64,000 nt of DNA, taken from the IMG/VR virus record IMGVR_UViG_3300020048_000026, positions 64,001 through 128,000 of that record; one strand, 5' to 3'. The stretch is from a virus. The notes beneath the pieces were generated by a model that did not search any database, was not told the DNA's origin, and saw only the letters and a program-made list of their open reading frames with translations. Made by a program: the position numbers and the translations under genes. Shown piece after piece: positions 7,295 through 16,665 of this stretch. Positions within the stretch are counted from its first letter, which is position 1. Every line of letters begins with the position of its first letter.

Positions 7295-7626
7295 AATATA
7301 TAAAATTATTTGAGGGTCGTAAACCATTTTCTGAGAAGTATAAAGGAGGAGATTTGCTTTTAGTTGATTTTAAGGCTATTGTATATAATAAAACTTGGTA
7401 TAAGAAAGATGGTTCTCCTCCGCTTGTTTTTCCTAATAATGTAGTAGAAGTTATAGGTTACACAGATTATATAAAAAGTTATTTATGTCGTTCAGTTATC
7501 AACGGTATAAATATTAATGTTCAATCAAATAAAATTATTCAAAAAATTGAAAGAGATAGTCCATTTTTACAACAAATGCTAGATGATATTGCATTTCATA
7601 AAGAAGTCAGTAAATATAATTTATAA
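7291..7626 (+). CDS. Putative virion-internal protein (MKYIKLFE ... SKYNL)
   Basis: Shared terminal motifs; ATGA overlap with the previous gene. Confidence 0.65.
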   Translation: MKYIKLFEGRKPFSEKYKGGDLLLVDFKAIVYNKTWYKKDGSPPLVFPNNVVEVIGYTDYIKSYLCRSVINGININVQSNKIIQKIERDSPFLQQMLDDIAFHKEVSKYNL

Positions 7627-8592
7627 TTTTATTTTACCTTTATTTTCAGTTATTACTTTCAATTCATAATTTTTTATTATTTCATCGTAAACTTGGTCTG
7701 TTGTTGGATGACATTTATAAATAAGAGGGTCTGGATCAACATCTTGACCTATTGTAGAATGATTTTCTAAACAGAATGAAACAGGAGCCATGATATTATG
7801 TTTTCCATTATGTGCGATATTATATTTCATATCTGATGCGCAAAATAAATTACAACTACCTAAGACATAAGAATATTTATAATCTTGTGAACCGTTTCTA
7901 TAAGGTGCTCTAAAATGTGGATTTATAGAACTTCCTAATTGAACTATATGTGTATCTGTTGTACCTGCAAAATGTAGAATTCCTGAGTCCATAGTTACAA
8001 TCATATTTGCTTTATCTAAGATATGCCATGTTTGATGAATATCTATTTGATTAATTAAGTTTAATCCATTTTTTATATCTAATTCATAAACAGGTTTTTG
8101 TATATGGTAAGTACCATATTCTTTTGAATCTTTTCCTATAGCAACAACTGGTATATTTATATCATTTAATCTATTTACCAATTCTTGCCATCTTTCTTTT
8201 TCCCAAGTTCTTGATGTCCAGGTTTTTACTGGATGTATAACTATATAGTTATCTGGTAGATTTATTGGAATGAAAGGGTCTGGATAGAATTCTATTTGCA
8301 TTTCATCGGGTAGTAGTTGAAATCCGGAATTTAATGAGTGTAATTGTCTAATATCTACTCTAGTGTGTATTAGTTTATCTGTTTGAAATGTTTCAATTAA
8401 GGTATCTCCTTCTTCTATATTATAGTTATCTGAGAGAGTTATATATGAAAAATTTTTAAATAATTCAGGTTGGTAGGTAAACACATGAATATTTTTGTTA
8501 TATATTTTATTAAGATGTTTAATAGTAGGAATTGCGCATAAGGTATCACCGAGGCTTCTTGAACCTATGAGAACCAATATTTTATTAGTCAT
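7621..8592 (-). CDS. Glycosyltransferase family 9 (heptosyltransferase-like)
   Basis: SLGDTL..P, IVIHP...W.SR.W...W, TMDSGILHFAG. Confidence 0.85.
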   Translation of the reverse strand: MTNKILVLIGSRSLGDTLCAIPTIKHLNKIYNKNIHVFTYQPELFKNFSYITLSDNYNIEEGDTLIETFQTDKLIHTRVDIRQLHSLNSGFQLLPDEMQIEFYPDPFIPINLPDNYIVIHPVKTWTSRTWEKERWQELVNRLNDINIPVVAIGKDSKEYGTYHIQKPVYELDIKNGLNLINQIDIHQTWHILDKANMIVTMDSGILHFAGTTDTHIVQLGSSINPHFRAPYRNGSQDYKYSYVLGSCNLFCASDMKYNIAHNGKHNIMAPVSFCLENHSTIGQDVDPDPLIYKCHPTTDQVYDEIIKNYELKVITENKGKIKL

Positions 8593-8647
8593 AATTAAAC
8601 AAATATTTTAATTTAAACTATATCAAATTACAAATAAAGTTTATAAA

Positions 8648-9829
8648 ATGGGTGAAATTTTAGACCTTGATAGGGAATATATCAAGTCAAAGATTCAAGA
8701 GATATTGAATCAAGTGCATGTTGAGCCACAAAAAAGGTATATTAAAGATTATCCTGAAAGGTTAAATATGGCTTGTCCAATTTGTGGTGATTCGGAAAAG
8801 CAGATGACTAAAAAGAGGGGTAATTTATATCTTAAGAATATGCAGTTTATATGTTTTAATGAATCTGGATGTAATCGTTCTTTTCTTAAATTGCTTAAAA
8901 CATTCAATATTGATATTGATATGCAAAAAAAGTTAGATATTTATAATTATATAGATACTAATATTAGGTATAAGAAAGAGGATAATTTTGTAATTAACAA
9001 GTTGGATAGGTTGATTGATATTGATTTTCTTCTTGAGAACTTTAATAATAATCCACAGACTCAATTTTCTAAATTTTCTCCAATAAAGGTTAATTCAGCG
9101 GCTTATCAGTATTTAAAGTTTGATAGATTAATAGAGAATTTTGATAATATTTATGAAGCGGAATATTCTTTATCTCCAAAATGGAAAGAGAAGGTAATAG
9201 TTTTGCTGAATAAATCTGGTAAGAAGGTATTAGGTTTACAGATTAGAAATTTAAAACCTGGTGATAAGAGATTTTTCAAGACGTTTAATTTTGAGAAGTT
9301 GCATAATATGTTGCATCCTGAAGATCCTTTAGATGAGATAGAGGCAGTTTCGTATAACAAGATTTCAAATTTTTACAATATACTGAATGTTGATTGGGAT
9401 CAGCCTGTTACTATTTTTGAAGGATATTTAGATAGTATATTTTATCCAAATTCTATTGGTGCTATTGGTATTAATTCTATGGAAGAAATGAATTTTTTAA
9501 TGAGTGAAGATTTAGATATTCAATTCTTTTTTGATCAAGATAATATAGGTGTTCGTAAAGCTGCTTCTATGCTAAATAAGGGTAATAAGGTATTTTTATG
9601 GCAAAAGTTAGTTGAAGATTTGATTAGAAACAAAAAAGATAAGTATCAAGCAAAGAGTTATTCACTTAAAATCAAGGATTTGAATAAGTTAGTTCAGGAG
9701 ATGAAGAATCCTGATCCATATACTAAATTAAAATTGAGTAAATATTTTTCAAATGATTTATTTGATAAACTTTATTTAGATGATACTTTATACCCTAAGA
9801 ATGAGGTAAAAAAGACTAAAAAGTATTAA
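8648..9829 (+). CDS. DNA primase, T4 gp61-like
   Basis: Zinc-binding CPICGDS...CFN...C; TOPRIM motifs FEGYLDS and FFDQD. Confidence 0.85.
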   Translation: MGEILDLDREYIKSKIQEILNQVHVEPQKRYIKDYPERLNMACPICGDSEKQMTKKRGNLYLKNMQFICFNESGCNRSFLKLLKTFNIDIDMQKKLDIYNYIDTNIRYKKEDNFVINKLDRLIDIDFLLENFNNNPQTQFSKFSPIKVNSAAYQYLKFDRLIENFDNIYEAEYSLSPKWKEKVIVLLNKSGKKVLGLQIRNLKPGDKRFFKTFNFEKLHNMLHPEDPLDEIEAVSYNKISNFYNILNVDWDQPVTIFEGYLDSIFYPNSIGAIGINSMEEMNFLMSEDLDIQFFFDQDNIGVRKAASMLNKGNKVFLWQKLVEDLIRNKKDKYQAKSYSLKIKDLNKLVQEMKNPDPYTKLKLSKYFSNDLFDKLYLDDTLYPKNEVKKTKKY

Positions 9830-10496
9830 ATAATAGTCCAACACCGTGAATTTGTTGGTTATTAGTTTGGTATGTATATTCTTTATATTTTTTTCCTTCT
9901 TTAATTTCGTTCCAAAATTTTACTACACCTGGACATTTGCTATCGTTGATATCGTGAAACATAACAATTTTAGCATATTGTCCCATATTTTTATAATCTG
10001 TTGATACTCCTTCGTATGAATGATCAGCATCAATGAATGTTAAATCAAATGATTCGCCTTTAAAATCTTTGCTTGTACCAAGGTGGAAATTAATATATTT
10101 TTTAATATCTTCTGTTAGTCTATCTTTATAATCTATTCCAATAGATTTTAAATTTGGATTTTTAAGTTTTAAGAGTTCTGATATTAATAAGTATGAACCT
10201 CCTTTACATATTCCAACTTCGGCATATGAATTTATATCATATTTTAATAGTTCTAAAAGTGCGTCTGCAATTTGTCTAGGTGTTTGCCATATTGCTTCTT
10301 CGTTTATATTTTTAATTATAAAATTATTCCATTCACCGTAGCCATCTCTATCTTCATAAAACATACCATAATCACATACAAGTTTAATAATATCAGTATC
10401 TTTAATAGAATTTATTTCTAATTTTGATATATTATTGATTAAAATTTCATTTTTACTTGTTGGATATTTTTCTTGAAACTCATTAAATTTTTTCAT
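9816..10496 (-). CDS. Class I SAM-dependent methyltransferase (Methyltransf_24-like)
   Basis: EVGICKGGS, FIDADHSYEGV..D, MFHD, PGV..FW. Confidence 0.8.
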   Translation of the reverse strand: MKKFNEFQEKYPTSKNEILINNISKLEINSIKDTDIIKLVCDYGMFYEDRDGYGEWNNFIIKNINEEAIWQTPRQIADALLELLKYDINSYAEVGICKGGSYLLISELLKLKNPNLKSIGIDYKDRLTEDIKKYINFHLGTSKDFKGESFDLTFIDADHSYEGVSTDYKNMGQYAKIVMFHDINDSKCPGVVKFWNEIKEGKKYKEYTYQTNNQQIHGVGLLFNTF

Positions 10497-10594
10497 ATTT
10501 TTTGTTGTTTTTTAAAATTCCATAAACTTTATTTAGAATTACATTTATATATTATAAAATTGTAGTACATTTTTTTAATTAGAAAAAATAAAAC

Positions 10595-10885
10595 ATGAAG
10601 CAAATAGAGATTGATAATTTAATTAGAATAAAAACAGAGGCTGATATTTTGAAACTTTATCCGAAGGCAATTCAAATTCAGAAAAAATTACAATTCGTGT
10701 TTTATAATATAAAGCCAAATGTTTGGATTAAATGCTTTTATATGATGAAAGATGGTACATGTTGCCGTGATTATACTTTTGCTAATACAGGTGATGTAAA
10801 TCAAAATTTTCTTAGTTTAGAATCTATATATAGTGGTAGTGAAGCCAAAGAAGATTATAAATATATTTGGAAATATAAAAAATAA
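10595..10885 (+). CDS. Hypothetical protein
   Basis: 96-aa ATG ORF. Confidence 0.55.
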   Translation: MKQIEIDNLIRIKTEADILKLYPKAIQIQKKLQFVFYNIKPNVWIKCFYMMKDGTCCRDYTFANTGDVNQNFLSLESIYSGSEAKEDYKYIWKYKK

Positions 10886-10894
10886 AATAAAACA

Positions 10895-11074
10895 ATGCCA
10901 TTAGCACATTTTGGTGGACCAAATGCTTTTACTTGTCGTATATGTCATACGTATGTAGATTCTTTGATAAAAGGAATTCTTTTCACACAAGAGGCGGAAT
11001 ATTATTTTATTTGTCAAAATTGTCATAATATAAAGCAAAGAAAAGAAAAATTACAAAAAATAATTAAAAAATGA
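10895..11074 (+). CDS. Small zinc-finger protein with C-terminal RKEKLQKI tag
   Basis: Not in the ORF track. MPLAHFGGPNAFTCRICH...ICQNCHNIKQRKEKLQKIIKK; ATGA overlap with infC. Confidence 0.65.
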   Translation: MPLAHFGGPNAFTCRICHTYVDSLIKGILFTQEAEYYFICQNCHNIKQRKEKLQKIIKK

Positions 11075-11592
11075 GACAAAAAGAAGCACAGCATAGAATT
11101 AATCAATTAATAAGAGGTTCAAGTGTAAGGCTTGTTGGTGAGAATGTAGAAAACGGTGTTTTTGATATTAGAACAGCATTAAAAATTGCACAGGAAATGG
11201 AATTAGATTTAGTAGAAATATCTAATGGTAATACACCTCCAATTTGCAAAATAATTGATTATCAAAAGTTTCTTTATGATAAAAAGAAAAAGGATAAAGA
11301 GCAGAAGAAAAAACAAAAGCAAAATCAAATTTTAGTAAAGGAGATTAGATTAACTCCTAATACAGATGATCATGATTTTAATTTTAAGTTAGAACATGCT
11401 AAAAACTTTTTAAATGATAAAAATAGAGTATTAGTTTCGGTATTCTTTAAAGGAAGAGAAATTAATTACAAAGAGCAGGGTGAATTAATATTACTTAAAT
11501 TTGCAGATCAATTGAAAGATATTGGTGTGCCTGAGAATTTACCTAAATTAGAAGGTAAGAGAATGCAAATAACCATGAAACCAAAAAAATAA
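11071..11592 (+). CDS. infC: Translation initiation factor IF-3
   Basis: RINQLI, VRLVG, LDLVEIS..PPICKIIDY.KF.Y, KEIRL.P.TD.HD..FK, FKGRE, PKLEGKRM. Confidence 0.95.
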   Translation: MRQKEAQHRINQLIRGSSVRLVGENVENGVFDIRTALKIAQEMELDLVEISNGNTPPICKIIDYQKFLYDKKKKDKEQKKKQKQNQILVKEIRLTPNTDDHDFNFKLEHAKNFLNDKNRVLVSVFFKGREINYKEQGELILLKFADQLKDIGVPENLPKLEGKRMQITMKPKK

Positions 11593-11593
11593 A

Positions 11594-11890
11594 ATGGAAT
11601 TAAAATCTATAACTAATTTAGATGAAATTTTAACTAATTTTCATTTTGATAAAATATATTGCTCAGAAGATTTTTTCAAAAAAATTGTAGAAAAATATTT
11701 CTTTATCACAAATGGTGAAATTACTTTAGATGGTTGGAGTGATAGTAGAATGGGACATATTATATTTAAAAATAAATCAATAGATTTGTATCTTGATTTT
11801 TCAATGAGTTCAAAAATAATATTAGGATATCAAAACATAAAGAGTGAAAGAAAGGTTAAGTTAGACGGAATTTATAATAGTACCAACTAA
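11594..11890 (+). CDS. Hypothetical protein with RKVKLDGI tag
   Basis: 98-aa ORF directly after infC. Confidence 0.55.
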   Translation: MELKSITNLDEILTNFHFDKIYCSEDFFKKIVEKYFFITNGEITLDGWSDSRMGHIIFKNKSIDLYLDFSMSSKIILGYQNIKSERKVKLDGIYNSTN

Positions 11891-12871
11891 TATTTTCATT
11901 TCTTCTTCGTTTCTTGCTAACTTAGAAATGTGAGGAAAATTCCACATAGAAAAATCTGAAAATTTCCAATCTTTTTCATTCATCCAAACGAATATAGGTT
12001 TATTCATAAATGATGTGGTTTGTAATTCTGCGTAAGTTCCTGCTGCTCCAGCAATATTTAATCCTAAGAATATAGCATCTACAACTCTTACAAGATGTTC
12101 ATCACCAGGTTCAATACTTCTTGATAATGTTTTTCTAATATCGGTCATAGTTGGTTCATATTCTTCTGGTGCTGTATTTTGACCAAATGTCTTATATTTT
12201 CCTGCGCCTGCTGCAAAAGCCATATCTTTTGTTCTATCAATTTCTTTTCTGATTGGATTAAGAATTAATGGTGAATCGTACATTTTTTTTATTTTTGATG
12301 GGTTTTCTAAAAACATATCAACATAGACACCATCAACGACTCTTTTTGGTTGAACCATTCCAAATTCTTTTAGGTCAACTTTTGGCACATCAGGTGATTT
12401 ACCAGGATATATTTCAAATTCGTGTTCTACTTCAATTCTCCAGCCTGCACCAACGTCTTTAGCTTTATCCATACCACCGGCTAAGTATAATGCTTCTAAT
12501 TTGAAGCCAGGGTGGTTTTTGAATACATCATCAAGAGAAGTTAAGTCAAAAATATTTAATTTTTCAGCTAATGCTAAATAGAAATCTTGTTTTCTATTGA
12601 TGAGATATTTCCACATTCTATCATCAATATCTTTTCTGAATTTTATACGAAGTTTAGATATCATATCAGTAACAAAGTTTTCATTTAAACTTTCGTTTTG
12701 AGTTCCCATTTTTTCAATAGCGTCTCTAAGTTCTATAATTTCTTCTGTTGGTACTTTTTCTAGATATTCTATCATTTTGATGATATCATTGAGCATCAGA
12801 GAGTATCCCGAAGCGTTAGTATCATCAAAAGATTCGTTTAAAAATTGTCCATAGTTTGTGATAATTTTCAT
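11861..12871 (-). CDS. Nucleoside 2-deoxyribosyltransferase-like domain protein
   Basis: Probable start MKIITNYGQFLNES at 12871; motifs LYLAGGMD...GWR, LNP, GTYAE...NKPIFV. Confidence 0.55.
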   Translation of the reverse strand: MKIITNYGQFLNESFDDTNASGYSLMLNDIIKMIEYLEKVPTEEIIELRDAIEKMGTQNESLNENFVTDMISKLRIKFRKDIDDRMWKYLINRKQDFYLALAEKLNIFDLTSLDDVFKNHPGFKLEALYLAGGMDKAKDVGAGWRIEVEHEFEIYPGKSPDVPKVDLKEFGMVQPKRVVDGVYVDMFLENPSKIKKMYDSPLILNPIRKEIDRTKDMAFAAGAGKYKTFGQNTAPEEYEPTMTDIRKTLSRSIEPGDEHLVRVVDAIFLGLNIAGAAGTYAELQTTSFMNKPIFVWMNEKDWKFSDFSMWNFPHISKLARNEEEMKILVGTIINSV

Positions 12872-12887
12872 ATTTTTGTTTTTATTT

Positions 12888-13403
12888 TTATAAGTTATAT
12901 TTTTCTGCTTCTCTACGAGAAATGATAGCTTTATTAAATATATTAGTATTATTATTAATTTTCTGTTGTATTTCTTCATTTATAAAAAAATCTAATAAAT
13001 CTTTTAAAAGATAAGATGAAACTAATATCATTGAAACACCCTGATAATTTATTTCTAACCTCCAAGCACCATATCTATAATTTATTTTAATTGGTATTTC
13101 ATTTAATTTATATTCATAAGTTAATGATGCACTTCTTGTACTATCTTGATAAGTCACTAAGTCTGAATCATTGTGATGTATGGATAGATTTTTAATATCA
13201 AAATTATTTTTAATATCTGAAATCAATTCAATCATATCTTGATCTGATTCTTTCGCATTTTTTTTAGGTTTTGGTAATTCAATTTCTTCAGAAGAATCTG
13301 TCTTTTCTATATTCTTACTTTTTTTATCACCAAATTTAAAAAAATCTTTAAGTCCTTCAAATATTAAATGATTTTTATAGCTATCGTATTTTTTTACTTT
13401 CAT
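12888..13403 (-). CDS. Putative virion-internal protein (... AEKYNL)
   Basis: Shared terminal motifs. Confidence 0.6.
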   Translation of the reverse strand: MKVKKYDSYKNHLIFEGLKDFFKFGDKKSKNIEKTDSSEEIELPKPKKNAKESDQDMIELISDIKNNFDIKNLSIHHNDSDLVTYQDSTRSASLTYEYKLNEIPIKINYRYGAWRLEINYQGVSMILVSSYLLKDLLDFFINEEIQQKINNNTNIFNKAIISRREAEKYNL

Positions 13404-13404
13404 A

Positions 13405-13659
13405 TTAGTTGTTATGTTTATTATAATATTTATGTACTGTATAATTAAACCAATTTCTTGCTACCAAATTTGATTCTATTGTATATAGTAAAAGTGATTT
13501 TATTTTGTTTAAAAAATCAAATGTCATTTGATTCTGAAACATAACATTTGAAAATGAATTTTTGATTAAATTTTCTTCATAATCAAATCCACTTTCAATT
13601 TTATCGTTCATGTGTTTTAATTCATATAATTCTTTTATTTGAGTATCTTTTTCTATCAT
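13405..13659 (-). CDS. Hypothetical protein
   Basis: 84-aa ORF within the operon. Confidence 0.55.
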   Translation of the reverse strand: MIEKDTQIKELYELKHMNDKIESGFDYEENLIKNSFSNVMFQNQMTFDFLNKIKSLLLYTIESNLVARNWFNYTVHKYYNKHNN

Positions 13660-13892
13660 TATAAATTATATTTTTTTGCATCTTTTGCATACACTAATCT
13701 TTCTTTTAATTCTTTCATTTTTTCTATAATTTTGTCAATATCAATTTTTTCAAGCGGTATTTTACTAATGTTATTAACAGCCATATTTAATATCGTTACT
13801 TGACTATGTATAGTGTGTGATAATTTTATTGTATAATCATCTAAATTTTGATTATTAGATTCATTAATATTATCAAACTTTTTAATTTTCAT
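13659..13892 (-). CDS. Putative virion-internal protein (MKIKKFD ... AKKYNL)
   Basis: Shared terminal motifs. Confidence 0.6.
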   Translation of the reverse strand: MKIKKFDNINESNNQNLDDYTIKLSHTIHSQVTILNMAVNNISKIPLEKIDIDKIIEKMKELKERLVYAKDAKKYNL

Positions 13893-14353
13893 AAATTATA
13901 TTTTTTTGCTGATCTTCTTACTGGATCAATTTTAGAAATAACCTTATCTAATTTTTCTTTTTCCTTAATTTTTTTATATTCTATATCAATATTATATATA
14001 AATTCACACAAATAGTCATATTCATCTTTTGTGATACTTAACGTAGATGTAGGTCCACCACCTTCCTCAAAAGTAATATAATATATAGTATATTTGTTTT
14101 GATTTTTTTTATTTATTGTAATTTTTTTATATTCTTCCTTCCAATTATCCGCCCAAACTCCATTTTTACTTAAAGAAAAATCAACTTGCATATAATCAAG
14201 ATCTATAGAATTGATATCATCAAAATTATCTTCTATATATTCTACAGTAAATTTTACAATATCACTAAATTCTGGTTTTTTATCACCATAATTAACATTA
14301 ACATCGTCGGTTGCAGTGCTTGTCCAAGTTTCAAAAACTTTTAAATGTTTCAT
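13889..14353 (-). CDS. Putative virion-internal protein (MKHLKVFE ... AKKYNL)
   Basis: Shared terminal motifs. Confidence 0.6.
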   Translation of the reverse strand: MKHLKVFETWTSTATDDVNVNYGDKKPEFSDIVKFTVEYIEDNFDDINSIDLDYMQVDFSLSKNGVWADNWKEEYKKITINKKNQNKYTIYYITFEEGGGPTSTLSITKDEYDYLCEFIYNIDIEYKKIKEKEKLDKVISKIDPVRRSAKKYNL

Positions 14354-14883
14354 GCTGTCAATTTGTCTTTTTTATCTGACCAAATATAATAACCATTGTA
14401 TTCATTTTCATATGTCATTTCACCTAATGATGATATTACATTTAATGCTGTATCAAAAGTTATGGTTTGTTGAAATGAATATTTAACTGCTTCTTTATCA
14501 ACGAATGATAATGGTTTCATTTTTATACCAAAAACATCTATCATATCAGGAAGTTCTGAGTAGAATTCTGATAAACCGAATGTTACTAAATTTTCTCTGA
14601 TATTTTCTAAATCTTCTTTATCAAAAATCATACATTTGAATACAACTCTTTCAGTACCAAGAATATCACCTGATAAATCATTAATTTTATAAAGATGTTT
14701 CTTTTTATCAATCATATCAATATATTGTTCATATGATTTATAATATTCAACAAGAACTTTTGTATATTTTGCACTTGCTGTTTTTATATTATAGAAAAAT
14801 TCATCTAATTTTACATTAGGAATTTGAAATTCATAGAGTGAATTCCATTCTGTGAATTTTGTTATATTTAGTGTTTCTTTCAT
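14350..14883 (-). CDS. Hypothetical protein
   Basis: 177-aa coupled ORF. Confidence 0.6.
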   Translation of the reverse strand: MKETLNITKFTEWNSLYEFQIPNVKLDEFFYNIKTASAKYTKVLVEYYKSYEQYIDMIDKKKHLYKINDLSGDILGTERVVFKCMIFDKEDLENIRENLVTFGLSEFYSELPDMIDVFGIKMKPLSFVDKEAVKYSFQQTITFDTALNVISSLGEMTYENEYNGYYIWSDKKDKLTA

Positions 14884-15683
14884 TATTCTTGATTATTTTG
14901 TATATCTTCTTGTGCGGCTTTTACTAGACCATCTATATCTTCTTGTGATATTTTAATTGGTTGTTCAAAATTCTCTTTATCTTTAATTACATAATTGTAC
15001 ACACCTTCAATTCTATTCCATCTTATAGTTTTTTCAAATTTATTTATTTTTATTGTTAAATCTCCAACTATAAAGACATAGTTTACATAATCTTCACTAA
15101 ATTTGATTTGACCACCTTTTTCTAAATGTTCTTTTATAAATCTATTCAAAATATTATACCTAGTGCTATCATATCTATCATAGAGATTCGCTTTATGTTG
15201 ATCAAGTTCTTGAGGTGTCATTTTTGCAACTCTTTGATTTTCTTTTTCTTGTGCTCTACTTTTTAAGAATCCTTTTATCGCTCTATAAAAGAAATATCCT
15301 GAACCTAATAGTAATAAAGCACCTTGTAAATCTTCATTTACAGGGTCATTTACAGGTTCATTTACAGGTTCATATGAATTAAATTCTTTAATGTGTTTCA
15401 TTTTTGAATTTTGTTTATTTTTATATTCTTCATCTTTATCTTTTGCGATAAAATCCTCAAGAATTTCGTATAATATTTCTCTGACTAATTTTTCATATTC
15501 GTCTTCATTTACAAGGTTTATACCTTTATTTTTAATATCTTCTAGAAGATCTCTAAACCTTTTTGAATTTTTATAATATTTTTTTAATGATTTGGGTTTT
15601 GCACCTTTATTTATATAAAAACTTATTATAGGATGAAGTTCCTTGAATATATCAGACTTGGCTTGTTTTTTAAAATTATCCAT
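14883..15683 (-). CDS. Hypothetical protein with an internal MKHIKEF motif and a hydrophobic segment
   Basis: 266-aa ORF; 12-bp repeats encode EPVNEPVNDPVN. Confidence 0.6.
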   Translation of the reverse strand: MDNFKKQAKSDIFKELHPIISFYINKGAKPKSLKKYYKNSKRFRDLLEDIKNKGINLVNEDEYEKLVREILYEILEDFIAKDKDEEYKNKQNSKMKHIKEFNSYEPVNEPVNDPVNEDLQGALLLLGSGYFFYRAIKGFLKSRAQEKENQRVAKMTPQELDQHKANLYDRYDSTRYNILNRFIKEHLEKGGQIKFSEDYVNYVFIVGDLTIKINKFEKTIRWNRIEGVYNYVIKDKENFEQPIKISQEDIDGLVKAAQEDIQNNQE

Positions 15684-15738
15684 ATAGTTCTATATATTAT
15701 TTTTAATTTCTCAAATTTTGTTTTTTATATATAAGTTT

Positions 15739-16584
15739 GTGATAACTAATTTTAAAATATTTGAAAATTTGAATACGAAACTTTTTAAGAATGAATCAAA
15801 GCTAAAAGATTTATTATTAAAAGATCCATATTTTGCAAAAGGTGATGTACATCAAGCAATAATTAATATTATTCATCAATTTTGGACGACTGAAATAGAC
15901 TATTCTCAAATTTTAAATTATACAGAAGAAAATTTCGGCAAATTACCTTTATTAGCATTATATTTTGGAAAATATAATTATCAAGTTGGTAATGGTGGAC
16001 ATGCACAATATTTCGGTAATGGTTATGCAAGTTCTAATTCAAGTGGTTTCAGTAGTAATTATGATGATATAAGTAAGCATGAGGAGTTCTTAGAATTATT
16101 TAAGAATATGGGTATGATAGAAATATTACCATTAGGTTCTACTGCATATAGCATTATGGATGATTTTGAATTAGATTTAGATGATGATACAGAGGATTGT
16201 AGTAATTGTAATGGTAATGGAGATGAAGATTGTCCTACTTGTGATGGTAAAGGTGAAGTTGATTGTGAAGATTGTGGCGGTATAGGAGAAGATAGTGAAG
16301 GTGTTGAGTGTGATAGCTGTGGTGGTAGTGGTGAAATTGAATGTGAAGAATGTGAGGGTAAAGGACATGAAACTTGTAGAGATTGTGATGGTAGTGGTAT
16401 TTATGAGACCGGAACTGTATCACCAAATACAACGGAGTGGGATAAATTAGATGATAGATGGTATAAAATTGATGATGATATTATGGAGCAATTTAATGAC
16501 TATTTAAAATCTTTAACATTAGATGGAGAAAAAATGACTGATTTGATAGAGTTAGCAGAACAAACACAAAAATATAATTTATAA
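15739..16584 (+). CDS. DMP19/DUF4375-like protein with inserted DnaJ-type CxxCxGxG repeats and a KYNL tail
   Basis: Probable GTG start at 15739 (MITNFKIFE); YQVGNGGHAQYF motif; six CxxCxGxG repeats. Confidence 0.6.
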   Translation: MITNFKIFENLNTKLFKNESKLKDLLLKDPYFAKGDVHQAIINIIHQFWTTEIDYSQILNYTEENFGKLPLLALYFGKYNYQVGNGGHAQYFGNGYASSNSSGFSSNYDDISKHEEFLELFKNMGMIEILPLGSTAYSIMDDFELDLDDDTEDCSNCNGNGDEDCPTCDGKGEVDCEDCGGIGEDSEGVECDSCGGSGEIECEECEGKGHETCRDCDGSGIYETGTVSPNTTEWDKLDDRWYKIDDDIMEQFNDYLKSLTLDGEKMTDLIELAEQTQKYNL

Positions 16585-16665
16585 TTTTCACCTATTTAGG
16601 TTTTGATATTTTTATTTTAAACATATTTTAAATATTTTCATATAATTAAAAAAGAATATGTTTAG

